A DNA stretch of 29,012 bases. It comes from an uncultured bacterium. Its GTDB lineage: Bacteria > Actinomycetota > Actinomycetes > S36-B12. The position numbers were made by a program, and so were the translations under genes. Shown here piece by piece: positions 18,161 through 26,965 of the stretch (position 1 is its first letter; each line of letters begins with the position of its first letter). The notes under the pieces are model-generated. The model worked only from the letters and a program-made list of their open reading frames with translations. It was not told the origin of the DNA and did no database searches. The DNA lies in contig CAJBMR010000261.1 in assembly GCA_903954205.1 (NCBI GenBank), forward strand, positions 1 to 29,012, written 5' to 3'.

Positions 18161-18249
18161 GGCAGCCCCTTCTCGCATCCAGCGCCCGAACGGGCGCAGG
18201 GCACCAGGCTAGACGGGGTCGGGGGCTCACGCGCCCCTAGGGTGTCGCC

Positions 18250-18468
18250 ATGGCATCCCCCGCCTCCCCCGGAGATCGACTCCTCAGGATCGGCGCCGTC
18301 GTGACGGTCATCGGGCTGGTGTGCACGGTCATCGCCATGCTCCCCCTGGTCATCCCGAGCCTGGAGCTCCCGTCAGCCTGGTGGTTCCTCTCGATGATCA
18401 CCGGAATCGGGCTCGCCCTGGTCATCGCCGGGCTGGCCGTTTCAGCCCGGTCGAGGCGGCGCGGCTAG
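18250..18468 (+). CDS. Hypothetical two-TM membrane protein (72 aa)
   Basis: Two hydrophobic helices and an Arg-rich tail; TAGGGT 6 nt before the ATG. Confidence 0.7.
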   Translation: MASPASPGDRLLRIGAVVTVIGLVCTVIAMLPLVIPSLELPSAWWFLSMITGIGLALVIAGLAVSARSRRRG

Positions 18469-18476
18469 GGCGCGAA

Positions 18477-19073
18477 CTACGCGCGGGCCAGCCAGGCCGG
18501 CAGATGCGTGAGGTCCGGCAGCACGGCGTCAGGGCCTACCGCGTGCAACTCCTCGACCGACGTGGGTCCCGTCGCGACGACGATCGCGTGCACGCCCGCC
18601 GACCGGGCCGCGCGCACGTCTCCGGGGTGGTCGCCCACATAGGCCCACGCAGCGTGCTCGCGCAGCGCCGTCGCCTTGCCCTCCGCAAAAAGGTCACCCA
18701 CGATCACGTCCGCATCGAGGCCGGCCGCCTCGAGTGCAAGACCTGCAACCGCGCCGTACTTCGCCGTGACCACGAGCACCTGCTCACCGCGCGAACGCAC
18801 CGTCGCGATCGCCTCCGCAGCACCGGGCATCGGACGCGTGAGCGGGATCCCATGCTCGCGATAGTGGGCGCGATAGGCCGCGAGAAGTACGTCGTAGGGC
18901 TCATCAGGCAGCCAGCGAGGGAAGACGTGATCGAGGGGCAGCCCGATGGTGGAGCGGATCTCGTCGCCATCGGCCTGGACGCCGTACTGGGCGACCACGT
19001 GCTGGACCGAGGCGACGATCCCATCGGCGGAGTCGACCAGGGTCATGTCGAGGTCGAAGCCGATCGAGCGCAC
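18477..19073 (-). CDS. HAD-superfamily hydrolase (phosphoglycolate phosphatase-like)
   Basis: Motif I GFDLDMTLVDS, IGLPL, motif II VVTAK, motif III K, motif IV YVGDHPGDV.AAR.AG...V.TG. Confidence 0.9.
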   Translation of the reverse strand: MRSIGFDLDMTLVDSADGIVASVQHVVAQYGVQADGDEIRSTIGLPLDHVFPRWLPDEPYDVLLAAYRAHYREHGIPLTRPMPGAAEAIATVRSRGEQVLVVTAKYGAVAGLALEAAGLDADVIVGDLFAEGKATALREHAAWAYVGDHPGDVRAARSAGVHAIVVATGPTSVEELHAVGPDAVLPDLTHLPAWLARA

Positions 19074-19101
19074 CCGATGAGCCTAGGGGTAACGTCATCC
19101 G

Positions 19102-21036
19102 GTGCCCGTCCGCAGCCTCGCCGACGACCTCCGCGGTCGATCCGACGACGAGTTGGGGCGCCTGCTGGCTGGGCGCCCTGATCTGCTGCACCCCGTCCCC
19201 GCCGACATGACCGCGCTGGCCTCACGCGCGGGTTCGGCCGTGTCGACGGCACGCGCACTCGACCGCCTTGACGGCGTCACCCTGGCGGTCGCTGCCGTCG
19301 TCGCCACAGCCGAACCGTGCAGCACCGATGCCGTCCTCTCCGCCTTCGATTCCGGTCGCGCGGTTGTCGTGAACGACGCACTCCACCGACTGCGCGAACT
19401 CGCTCTGGTGTGGGGCGACGACGACGCCCTCCGACTCGTGCGCACCGCACGCGAGTCGTTGTCGGGGGCGGGTGCAGCGAGCCTGGACTGGCCACCCCCA
19501 CCCGTGGCAACCATCGAGCGAGATGCGGCGCTCGTCGAGCGCACCGCTGGACAGCATGCACTCGCCACAGTGCTGGGCGTGGTCGCGATCGCCGAAGCGT
19601 GGGCTGGCGACGAGGCACCCGCGGTGCTGCGCAAGGGCGGCCTCGGGGTGCGAGACCTCTCCTCCGCAGCACGCACCATCGATGTCGATGAGCGCACCGC
19701 GGCGCTGTGGATCGAGACGGCGTACGCCGCACAGCTCATCGGCAAGGACGGGGAGGCGGATGAGCGCTGGCGGCCGACCACCGCCTACGACGAATGGCAC
19801 GATGCCCCACTCGCCGAACAGTGGCTGCGGATTGCCCGTGCCTGGTGGACGAGCCCGCGCGCGCCCGCGCTAGTGGGTGCAGAAGCCAACGCCCTCTCTG
19901 ACGACGTGGAGCGACGCGGGCAGCCCTTCCTCCGTGAACAGGTGATCGCGGTCCTCAGTTCCCTGCCTGCAGGCTGCGCCCCCCGCGACACCGGTGACGT
20001 CATCGGATCCATCGATGCCCGCGCACCGCGCCAGGCAAGCGCGCAGCGCAGCGAGCAGATTCGCGCCATTCTCGAGGAGTTGGAGATCCTCGGCTTCACC
20101 GGCGGTGGCGCACTGGCCCAGATGGGCGGGTCAGCGGCGACCGATGCGGGGGACGCGCAGGTGGCTGTGAGCGCGGCAATGCCGGCGCCCCTTGACCACG
20201 TCCTGCTCCAGGCCGATCTCACGGCCGTCGCTCCCGGGCCGCTTCTCCCGGACCTCGCTCGCGAGCTGCGCCTCATGGCGGATGTGGAGAGCACCGGCGG
20301 TGCCATCGTCTACCGATTCAGTGCCGCCACTGTGCGACGCGCACTCGACGCCGGACGCGACGCCACTGAGATGCTCGATTTCCTCGCTCGGATCTCGCGC
20401 ACGCCGGTGCCCCAGCCTCTCGCCTACCTCGTCGAAGACGCGGCCCGCAGGCATGGCACGGTCCGCGTGGGCATCGCGACGGCGTACATCCGATGCGACG
20501 ACGAGACGGCACTGGCCGCACTCCTCGCAGATCCGCGGTCTCAGGAGCTCGGCTGCGTGCGGGTATCGCCCACCGTGGTGACCGTGTCTGGACGGATCGA
20601 GGATGCGATAGCAATCCTGCGCGACCTCGGGCTGCACCCCGTCGCCGAGACTGCCGACGGCTCCATCGCCCATGCCCCACGTCGGCGCGCCCGGCCGCCA
20701 CGATCAGGGACTGGATCACCCGTTGTACGCCGCGATGCGCAGCCTGCCCTGATTCGGGCCGCCGTCACGACCTTGCGCGGTGGTCAAGCACCACACTCCT
20801 CGTTGTCGAACGGCCGCACCGCCACTCTGGGCGCAATGCCAGCCGCCGACACGCTGGCCGTGCTCCGCAAGGCCATCTCCAGCGAGGTGCCCGTACGCCT
20901 CAGTTATGCCGACGACGAGGGGTGCGTCGATCCCTTGCGACTTCAGGCCGGCGTGCTCACCGCTGTGGATCGCATCACTGGGGAAGTGCGCACCTTCCAC
21001 GTGTCGCAGATCCACGCGGCCGCACTCGACGGCTAG
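19102..21036 (+). CDS. XPB-associated helicase-domain protein (Rv0862c-like; Helicase_C_3 region plus a C-terminal WYL-like domain)
   Basis: SLAD.LR.R.DDEL..LL..RPDL..P.P.D...LA.RA N-terminus; DHVLLQADLTAVAPGPL...LA.EL...ADVES.G...VYRFS..TVRRALDAG...P.PQPLAYLV.D.ARRHG; C-terminal V.LSY...VDPLRL.AG.L.A.D....VRTF.VS.I. Confidence 0.88.
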   Translation: MPVRSLADDLRGRSDDELGRLLAGRPDLLHPVPADMTALASRAGSAVSTARALDRLDGVTLAVAAVVATAEPCSTDAVLSAFDSGRAVVVNDALHRLRELALVWGDDDALRLVRTARESLSGAGAASLDWPPPPVATIERDAALVERTAGQHALATVLGVVAIAEAWAGDEAPAVLRKGGLGVRDLSSAARTIDVDERTAALWIETAYAAQLIGKDGEADERWRPTTAYDEWHDAPLAEQWLRIARAWWTSPRAPALVGAEANALSDDVERRGQPFLREQVIAVLSSLPAGCAPRDTGDVIGSIDARAPRQASAQRSEQIRAILEELEILGFTGGGALAQMGGSAATDAGDAQVAVSAAMPAPLDHVLLQADLTAVAPGPLLPDLARELRLMADVESTGGAIVYRFSAATVRRALDAGRDATEMLDFLARISRTPVPQPLAYLVEDAARRHGTVRVGIATAYIRCDDETALAALLADPRSQELGCVRVSPTVVTVSGRIEDAIAILRDLGLHPVAETADGSIAHAPRRRARPPRSGTGSPVVRRDAQPALIRAAVTTLRGGQAPHSSLSNGRTATLGAMPAADTLAVLRKAISSEVPVRLSYADDEGCVDPLRLQAGVLTAVDRITGEVRTFHVSQIHAAALDG

Positions 21037-21096
21037 TACGTCGAGTGACGACTCGTGACGTGCGGCATGCCATTGGGGACCAGCACTCCCTCCGCC

Positions 21097-22215
21097 TCAG
21101 CGATCTCGAGCGGGATGGATCTCAGCACCCCAGGTCGTGAACTCCGAGAGGATTGCCGGGACGGGATCGACGCCGATCCCGGGGCCGGTGGGGACGCGCA
21201 GTCGTCCATCGTCGAGCACAAAGGGCTCGGTGATGTCGGTCGCGAAGTAGCGGCTCGATGCGCTCGTGTCTCCGGGCAGCGTGAAACCCGGGAGTGCCGC
21301 GAGGGCGACGTTGGCGGCACGCCCGATTCCGGTCTCGAGCATGCCCCCGCACCACACCGGCACACCGCGCTCCATGCAGAGGTCATGAATTGCCTTGGCT
21401 TCGAGGTAGCCGCCCACGCGCCCGGGCTTGATGTTGATGACGCTTGTCGCTCCAAAGGCGATCGCCGTATCCGCGGTCGCCACGGAGATGATCGACTCAT
21501 CGAGACAGACGGGGGTGGTGATCTGCCCGGCGAGCAGGGCGTGACCACGAAGGTCGTCCTCCGGTAGCGGCTGTTCGACGAGGAGCAGACCGAAGGAGTC
21601 CATGGCCCCGAGCAGTGCCGAATCCTCACGCGTGTAGGCCTGGTTGGCATCGGTCTGCATCGGCATGTCGGGCCAGGTCTCGCGCACCGCGCGCACCGCA
21701 TCGAGATCCCAGCCTGGCTCGATCTTGAGCTTGATGCGCCGATAGCCGGCATCGACGTACGTCGCCACTTCCTCGAGGAGGGCGTGGATGCTTGCGGGGA
21801 TACCCACTGAGACACCGCAGTCGACCTCGGTGCGCACGGCTCCGAGGTAGTCGGCGAGCGACTGCTCGCGCTGGCGCAGCCACGCGTCGAGCACGGCGGT
21901 CTCGAGAGCGGCCTTGGCCATGGGGTGGCCCTGGTAGCGACGCAGGCGAGCGTGGACCTCGTGCGGGTCGAGCAGGCCGTCGGAGAGCGCTCCAGGGATC
22001 AAGTGCTCCACGAGTACGTCGACGGCGCCATCGACGTACTCCGCTGAGTACCCCGGCCACTCCATCGCGACGCACTCGGCCCAGCCCGAGACGCCATCGC
22101 TGACAACTTCGACCAGGAGCACATCGCGCGCATCCTGGGTGCCGAAGGATGTGCGGAAGGGACGCACAAGCGGCATGTCGATGCGGTGCAGGCGGACGAG
22201 ATCGATTGATGTCAC
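21097..22215 (-). CDS. menC: Enolase-superfamily N-succinylamino acid racemase / o-succinylbenzoate synthase (NSAR/OSBS)
   Basis: MPLVRPFRTSFG, RRIKLKIEPG (KxK), metal ligands in DAN / EQP / LDES, NIKPGRVGGYLEA, VWCGGMLETGIGRAAN, FTLPGDTSAS; closely resembles Amycolatopsis NSAR/OSBS. Confidence 0.93.
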   Translation of the reverse strand: MTSIDLVRLHRIDMPLVRPFRTSFGTQDARDVLLVEVVSDGVSGWAECVAMEWPGYSAEYVDGAVDVLVEHLIPGALSDGLLDPHEVHARLRRYQGHPMAKAALETAVLDAWLRQREQSLADYLGAVRTEVDCGVSVGIPASIHALLEEVATYVDAGYRRIKLKIEPGWDLDAVRAVRETWPDMPMQTDANQAYTREDSALLGAMDSFGLLLVEQPLPEDDLRGHALLAGQITTPVCLDESIISVATADTAIAFGATSVINIKPGRVGGYLEAKAIHDLCMERGVPVWCGGMLETGIGRAANVALAALPGFTLPGDTSASSRYFATDITEPFVLDDGRLRVPTGPGIGVDPVPAILSEFTTWGAEIHPARDR

Positions 22216-23030
22216 GGACTCTCCTCCGGGGTCAGGACGTAGGCTCCGGCACTAGTGACCGCGGACACACGCAGTCCCGCGTCGAAGCCGGCGGTAAGCG
22301 CTGCGCGCACCGCGAGGCGCCACTGCAACCCGAGATCAGGGTCGGCCTGCCTCATGCTCACGATATCGTCGGGAAGCGACACCAGGACGGTCTCCCTGGG
22401 TGCGGGCAGGTCCGTCAGTCGTGGACCGCCGTCGTCGACCCGGATGAGATCCCGGGTCGATCCGAGGTGCGCTTCATGGTCGGGGATGAGCAGGTCCCCG
22501 CGTGCAGCAGCGTGGGCTCGCTCGGAGTCCACCACCCACCACGCGACCAGGCGATCGGTGCGATCACCGGCATTGATCGCATCGGTCATGACGCCGTAGA
22601 AGTCCGGGTGGTAGTCGCGCACCTCCACGCCGAGCCGGTTGACGTTGAGATGCGCGTTGCGGCGTACCAATGGATCGAAGGTCCACGCCACGACCGGGAT
22701 GCCCTGCTCGATTGCCCAGGCCCGCTGGTGCTGCTTGATCGCGGCACCGATGCCGCGATCGCGCATGCCATCGACGACAGCGGCCATGTGGCTGTGCAGG
22801 AAGACGCCGCCGGGTAGCGATGGATCGCGTGCCGGGAAGCCGAGAGCGGCGCCCACCACGCGATCGCCCTCGTCATCGATGACGACACTGCAGTAGCCGC
22901 CCGCGTGCAGAAGGGCGCGCAGCAGGTTGGACGTGACCTGCGTGCCCTCCCCGGGCCACACCTGGTCGAAGATCGCCCGCGCCGCGGCCATGGAGTCGGG
23001 CTCGTCCGCCACCTCGATGCGCAGGCCCAT
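22212..23030 (-). CDS. GNAT-family acyltransferase (probable D-amino acid N-succinyltransferase)
   Basis: LHSHMAAV....RDRGIG..IK..QR.WA...G...V.WTFDPL.RRNA.LN...LG, DFYG.M.D.IN.GD.TDRL...W. Start ATG 23030 has TACGGT 7 nt upstream; GTGA overlap with menC. Confidence 0.85.
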   Translation of the reverse strand: MGLRIEVADEPDSMAAARAIFDQVWPGEGTQVTSNLLRALLHAGGYCSVVIDDEGDRVVGAALGFPARDPSLPGGVFLHSHMAAVVDGMRDRGIGAAIKQHQRAWAIEQGIPVVAWTFDPLVRRNAHLNVNRLGVEVRDYHPDFYGVMTDAINAGDRTDRLVAWWVVDSERAHAAARGDLLIPDHEAHLGSTRDLIRVDDGGPRLTDLPAPRETVLVSLPDDIVSMRQADPDLGLQWRLAVRAALTAGFDAGLRVSAVTSAGAYVLTPEESP

Positions 23031-23160
23031 GAGCAGCACCGTATCGAGTCGGACTTCGTCACCCGTCGACGCGGTTCCCCTGGACTCACGCGCGTCGACG
23101 GATGACAGGGGCCGACCCACCGACGCCGTAGCCGGGGCATCCATGCGGCACCATGGGCCG

Positions 23161-24294
23161 GTGACCCGGGACATCCTCGCCGCAGCGCGCTCTCGTCAGG
23201 CCGACCTCATCGAGGGCGTGCGCACCCTGGTCGAGGTCGAATCGCCGTCATCCGACATCGAGGCGTGCCGCACCTGCCTGGCCACCGCGAGCACCCTGAT
23301 CGAGTCATGGCTCGGCAGTCCGGCCCGAATCACGGAGCACGGGGGGAGGCCAGTGCTGCGCTGGGGGCCGGACCATCCCCGCGTGCTCCTGCTCGGACAC
23401 CTCGACACGGTGTGGCCGATCGGCACTCTCGATCGGATCCCGTGGGCGGTGGATGGAGACCGCATGACGGGGCCGGGAGTCTTCGACATGAAGGTCGGTG
23501 TCGTCCAGGCAATCGGTGCCGTGGCGCTGCTGGGTCTCGATGCCTCATCAGGGGTCGGACTGCTCTTCACCACGGATGAGGAGATCGGATCCGAAACCTC
23601 TCGAGCCGTCATCGAAGATGCCGCCCGCCACGCCGACGCGGTGCTCGTGCTCGAACCCTCGATCGAAGGCCAGCTCAAGACCGCGCGCAAGGGCACGTCG
23701 TGGTACCTCGTGCAGATCAACGGGCGCGCCGCGCATGCCGGCCTGGACCCCGAGCGCGGCATCAACGCCCTCGTCGAGGCCGCAGACCTGGTCCGTGACG
23801 CCGTCACCTGGGCACAACCCGACCTCGGCACGACCGTGACGCCGACCACCGCGCGCGCCGGAGTGACCGAAAACACCGTCCCGGACTCCGCAGTGATCGG
23901 CATCGACGTACGCGCCTGGACCGCCGAGGAGCAGCAGCGCATCGATGACCTGGCGCGCGGCTGGGGACCCACTCACCCCGAAGCGGGGGTCGCCATCATC
24001 GGTGGCGGCATCAATCGCCCGGCCATGGAGCAGTCCGCCGGTGCCGGCCTCGCACAGCTCGCCGAGGAGTGCGCTCTGCGTCTGGGGATCGAGCCCATCG
24101 GATCACGTGCCGTTGGCGGCGCGAGCGATGGCAACTTCACGGCCGCGCTGGGCATCCCGACACTCGACGGACTCGGCGCCGTGGGCGACGGCGCGCATGC
24201 CGACCACGAGTGGGCCAGCGCCCGCGCAGTCCCCGAGCGCACCGCGCTCGTCGCGGCGCTCACTGCCGCCATCCTCGCCGGGGAGTCTGCGTGA
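23161..24294 (+). CDS. M20-family metallopeptidase (probable N-succinyl-L-amino acid desuccinylase)
   Basis: LVEVESPS, LLGHLDTVW, GPGVFDMK, DEEIGS, VLEP, GRAAHAG..PERG.NA, GGASDGNF, DGLGA.G.GAHA.HE. Start GTG 23161 with CACCAT 6 nt upstream. Confidence 0.9.
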   Translation: MTRDILAAARSRQADLIEGVRTLVEVESPSSDIEACRTCLATASTLIESWLGSPARITEHGGRPVLRWGPDHPRVLLLGHLDTVWPIGTLDRIPWAVDGDRMTGPGVFDMKVGVVQAIGAVALLGLDASSGVGLLFTTDEEIGSETSRAVIEDAARHADAVLVLEPSIEGQLKTARKGTSWYLVQINGRAAHAGLDPERGINALVEAADLVRDAVTWAQPDLGTTVTPTTARAGVTENTVPDSAVIGIDVRAWTAEEQQRIDDLARGWGPTHPEAGVAIIGGGINRPAMEQSAGAGLAQLAEECALRLGIEPIGSRAVGGASDGNFTAALGIPTLDGLGAVGDGAHADHEWASARAVPERTALVAALTAAILAGESA

Positions 24295-25946
24295 CCGACG
24301 GTCCCCTTATCGTCCAAAGCGACAAGACGCTGCTGCTCGAGGTCGATCATCCGGCTGCCGGCGATGCGCGCCGCGCCATCGCTCCCTTCGCCGAACTCGA
24401 GCGCGCCCCTGAGCACATCCACACCTACCGGGTGACGCCCCTCGCGCTGTGGAATGCCCGCGCAGCGGGACATGATGCCGAGCAGGTGGTCGACATCCTG
24501 CTCACCTACTCCCGTTACGCCGTCCCGCACGCACTTCTCGTCGATATCGCCGAGACGATGGACCGCTACGGCCGCCTTACGATCGCCAAGCATCCCGCCC
24601 ACGGGCTCGTGCTCAGCACGACGGACCGACCCGTGCTCGAGGAAGTCCTACGCAGCAAGAAGGTCGCACCCCTGGTTGGTGCCCGCATCGACGACGACAC
24701 CGTCCTGGTCCACCCGAGCGAGCGCGGCCACCTCAAGCAGGTCCTGCTCACCCTGGGCTGGCCGGCGGAGGACCACGCCGGATACGTCGACGGCGAGGCC
24801 CATGCCATCGAACTCAACGAAGACGGATGGACCCTGCGGCCGTATCAGCGCGATGCGGTCGAGGGGTTCTGGGCGGGAGGCTCGGGCGTCGTCGTACTCC
24901 CCTGCGGTGCCGGCAAGACGATCGTCGGTGCCGCAGCGATGGCACGCGCCCAGGCGACCACCCTCATCCTGGTCACCAACACCGTGTCCGCGCGCCAGTG
25001 GAAGGCCGAGTTGCTCGCGCGCACCAACCTCACCGAGGACGAGATCGGCGAGTACTCCGGCGCGCGCAAGGAGATCCGCCCCGTCACGATCGCGACGTAC
25101 CAGGTGATGACGACCAAGCGGAAGGGCGTCTTCCCGCACCTCGAGGTCTTCGACACGCGCGACTGGGGCCTCATCATCTACGACGAAGTGCACCTGCTGC
25201 CGGCACCGATCTTCCGCTTCACAGCCGACATCCAGTCGCGGCGCCGACTCGGTCTCACCGCCACACTGATCCGCGAAGACGGGCGCGAGGGAGATGTCTT
25301 CACCCTCATCGGCCCTAAGCGCTACGACGCCCCGTGGAAGGAAGTCGAAGCACAGGGCTGGATCGCACCGGCCGAGTGCGTGGAAGTGCGCGTCACGCTC
25401 CCGGACTCCGAGCGCCTCGTCTACGCGACAGCAGAGCCTGACGACCGCTATCGACTCGCGGCCACGACCGGGGAGAAAACACGGCTGGTCGAGCAGCTGA
25501 TCGAGCGACATGCCGACGAGCAGGTCCTCGTCATCGGCCAGTACCTCGATCAATTGGCCGAGATCGCCGAGCACGTGGGCGCGCCGACCATCACCGGCGA
25601 GACGGGGGTCAAAGAGCGCGAGCGGCTCTTCGAGGCCTTCCGTCAGGGCGAGGAGCGCGTGCTTGTCGTGAGCAAGGTGGCCAACTTCTCCGTCGACCTA
25701 CCCGAGGCCTCCGTCGCGATCCAGGTGAGCGGCTCCTTCGGCTCGCGCCAGGAAGAGGCGCAGCGACTCGGCCGCCTCCTACGCCCCAAGGCCGACGGTC
25801 GCCGCGCCCGCTTCTACACCGTCGTCTCGCGCGACACCGTGGATGCCGACTTCGCCCAGAACCGACAGCGCTTCCTCGCCGAGCAGGGCTACGCCTACCG
25901 AATCGTCGACGCCGACGAGATCGACACCGCCGAGGAGCTGGGATGA
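24291..25946 (+). CDS. ercc3: XPB/ERCC3-family DNA helicase (551 aa)
   Basis: DGPLIVQSDKTLLLEV, FAELERAPEHIHTYR.TPL.LWNA, LRPYQ, VVLPCGAGKT (Walker A), DEVH, LGLTAT, FGSRQEEAQRLGRLLRP. Start GTG 24291 overlaps the M20 stop. Confidence 0.96.
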   Translation: MTDGPLIVQSDKTLLLEVDHPAAGDARRAIAPFAELERAPEHIHTYRVTPLALWNARAAGHDAEQVVDILLTYSRYAVPHALLVDIAETMDRYGRLTIAKHPAHGLVLSTTDRPVLEEVLRSKKVAPLVGARIDDDTVLVHPSERGHLKQVLLTLGWPAEDHAGYVDGEAHAIELNEDGWTLRPYQRDAVEGFWAGGSGVVVLPCGAGKTIVGAAAMARAQATTLILVTNTVSARQWKAELLARTNLTEDEIGEYSGARKEIRPVTIATYQVMTTKRKGVFPHLEVFDTRDWGLIIYDEVHLLPAPIFRFTADIQSRRRLGLTATLIREDGREGDVFTLIGPKRYDAPWKEVEAQGWIAPAECVEVRVTLPDSERLVYATAEPDDRYRLAATTGEKTRLVEQLIERHADEQVLVIGQYLDQLAEIAEHVGAPTITGETGVKERERLFEAFRQGEERVLVVSKVANFSVDLPEASVAIQVSGSFGSRQEEAQRLGRLLRPKADGRRARFYTVVSRDTVDADFAQNRQRFLAEQGYAYRIVDADEIDTAEELG

Positions 25947-26449
25947 GCGACGAGCGCGTAGCGACCCAGCGCCAGCAACTCAGCGAGTTCACCCTCGCCA
26001 TCTATGCCGCCATCACGCTGCTCGGTGTCATCGCCGCAGCGAGCTGGAAGGGCCTTTTCGTCGATGATGCCGAACTCACGGTCATCATCATCGCCACGAC
26101 CGTGACGGTTGCCGTCGCGCATCTTTGGGCTTCGGTCGCGGCCCACCGCCTGGTCCACCGCAAGCCGCCGTCGCGTGCCGAATGGCGGGAGGAACTCCGC
26201 AATGCCGCCGCGATCCTCGTGGTCGGCGGGCTCGCCATCGCGGCGTTCATCATCTCGGGAATGTTCGGCCTAGACCTCACCGGAGAGGTCTTCGTCACCC
26301 TGGTCATGCTCATCGCCGTGCTCTTCGTCGTCGGCCTCATCGGAGCCCGCCGCGAAGGGCGGTCGTGGCTCGTGGCCCTGTGGATCGGGCTTCTCGACGC
26401 CTCGATCGGCATAGCAGTCCTGCTCGCCAAGGTGATCTTCGGCGGCTAG
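25943..26449 (+). CDS. Hypothetical integral membrane protein (about 4-5 TM)
   Basis: Hydrophobic helices, AIYAAITLLGVIAA and AHLWA...AHR; ATGA overlap with the xpb stop. Confidence 0.75.
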   Translation: MSDERVATQRQQLSEFTLAIYAAITLLGVIAAASWKGLFVDDAELTVIIIATTVTVAVAHLWASVAAHRLVHRKPPSRAEWREELRNAAAILVVGGLAIAAFIISGMFGLDLTGEVFVTLVMLIAVLFVVGLIGARREGRSWLVALWIGLLDASIGIAVLLAKVIFGG

Positions 26450-26928
26450 GAGCCAGCGCGCAGCCCCACGGATCCGGCGAGGCTGAAGGTGACGCTGGAG
26501 ATCCCACTCAGGCCGGGGATGGGAATCGAGATGTCGTTCATCGTCACCGAACCCCCCAGCAGGAGCGTGCTCGGATCATCACCGGGCTGCGGCGTGGCCT
26601 CAACCGACATGGGCACATCGACCTGGCCGGCCTTGGCATTGCCCGACACCGTCCAGGGGTGGTCCGCCGCCGATCCCTCCGCCTCGAAGATGAGCAGATC
26701 GCCGTCGAAACGCTTGATAAGCGCGCGCGCAGCACCCTGCATGAGGAAGTTGGACGCCTTGAGCTTCTCCAGCGACATCTCGATGCGCAGCCGCACGGTC
26801 GACTTCGCCACGTGCAGCCCGCCACCGGTCACCGGAGCGCTCACCTCGAGCGAGGTGGGGAAGTCATGGGTTTGCAGGGTGATCGGGCTGCCGGGCTCGA
26901 TCGTCCAATTACCGGTGGATTCACTCAT
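26446..26928 (-). CDS. Hypothetical protein, possibly a divergent YceI-like beta-barrel
   Basis: Strand-rich pattern W.IEPGS.I.L.T..., V.L.I.MSLE.L...N, LIFEAEG, WTV.G......V.VPM; CAGGCT 6 nt before the ATG. The family call is weak. Confidence 0.5.
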   Translation of the reverse strand: MSESTGNWTIEPGSPITLQTHDFPTSLEVSAPVTGGGLHVAKSTVRLRIEMSLEKLKASNFLMQGAARALIKRFDGDLLIFEAEGSAADHPWTVSGNAKAGQVDVPMSVEATPQPGDDPSTLLLGGSVTMNDISIPIPGLSGISSVTFSLAGSVGLRAGS

Positions 26929-26965
26929 GAGGCAAGCCTGCCACGAGCAACGCGGCCGTCGGACA

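Noticed and set aside
21039-21062. Small hairpin CGAGT-GACG-ACTCG between the convergent helicase-partner and menC genes
   Set aside because: Short stem consistent with an ordinary terminator or chance; not distinctive.
21097-22215. Menaquinone biosynthesis cluster
   Set aside because: No menB/D/E/F/A/H nearby; the GNAT and M20 neighbours point to the racemase role.
22927-23174. Overlapping N-terminal extensions of the GNAT and M20 ORFs suggesting a long bidirectional overlap
   Set aside because: Family-like sequence begins at ATG 23030 (-) and GTG 23161 (+), each with its own -10 box, leaving a normal 130-bp divergent gap.
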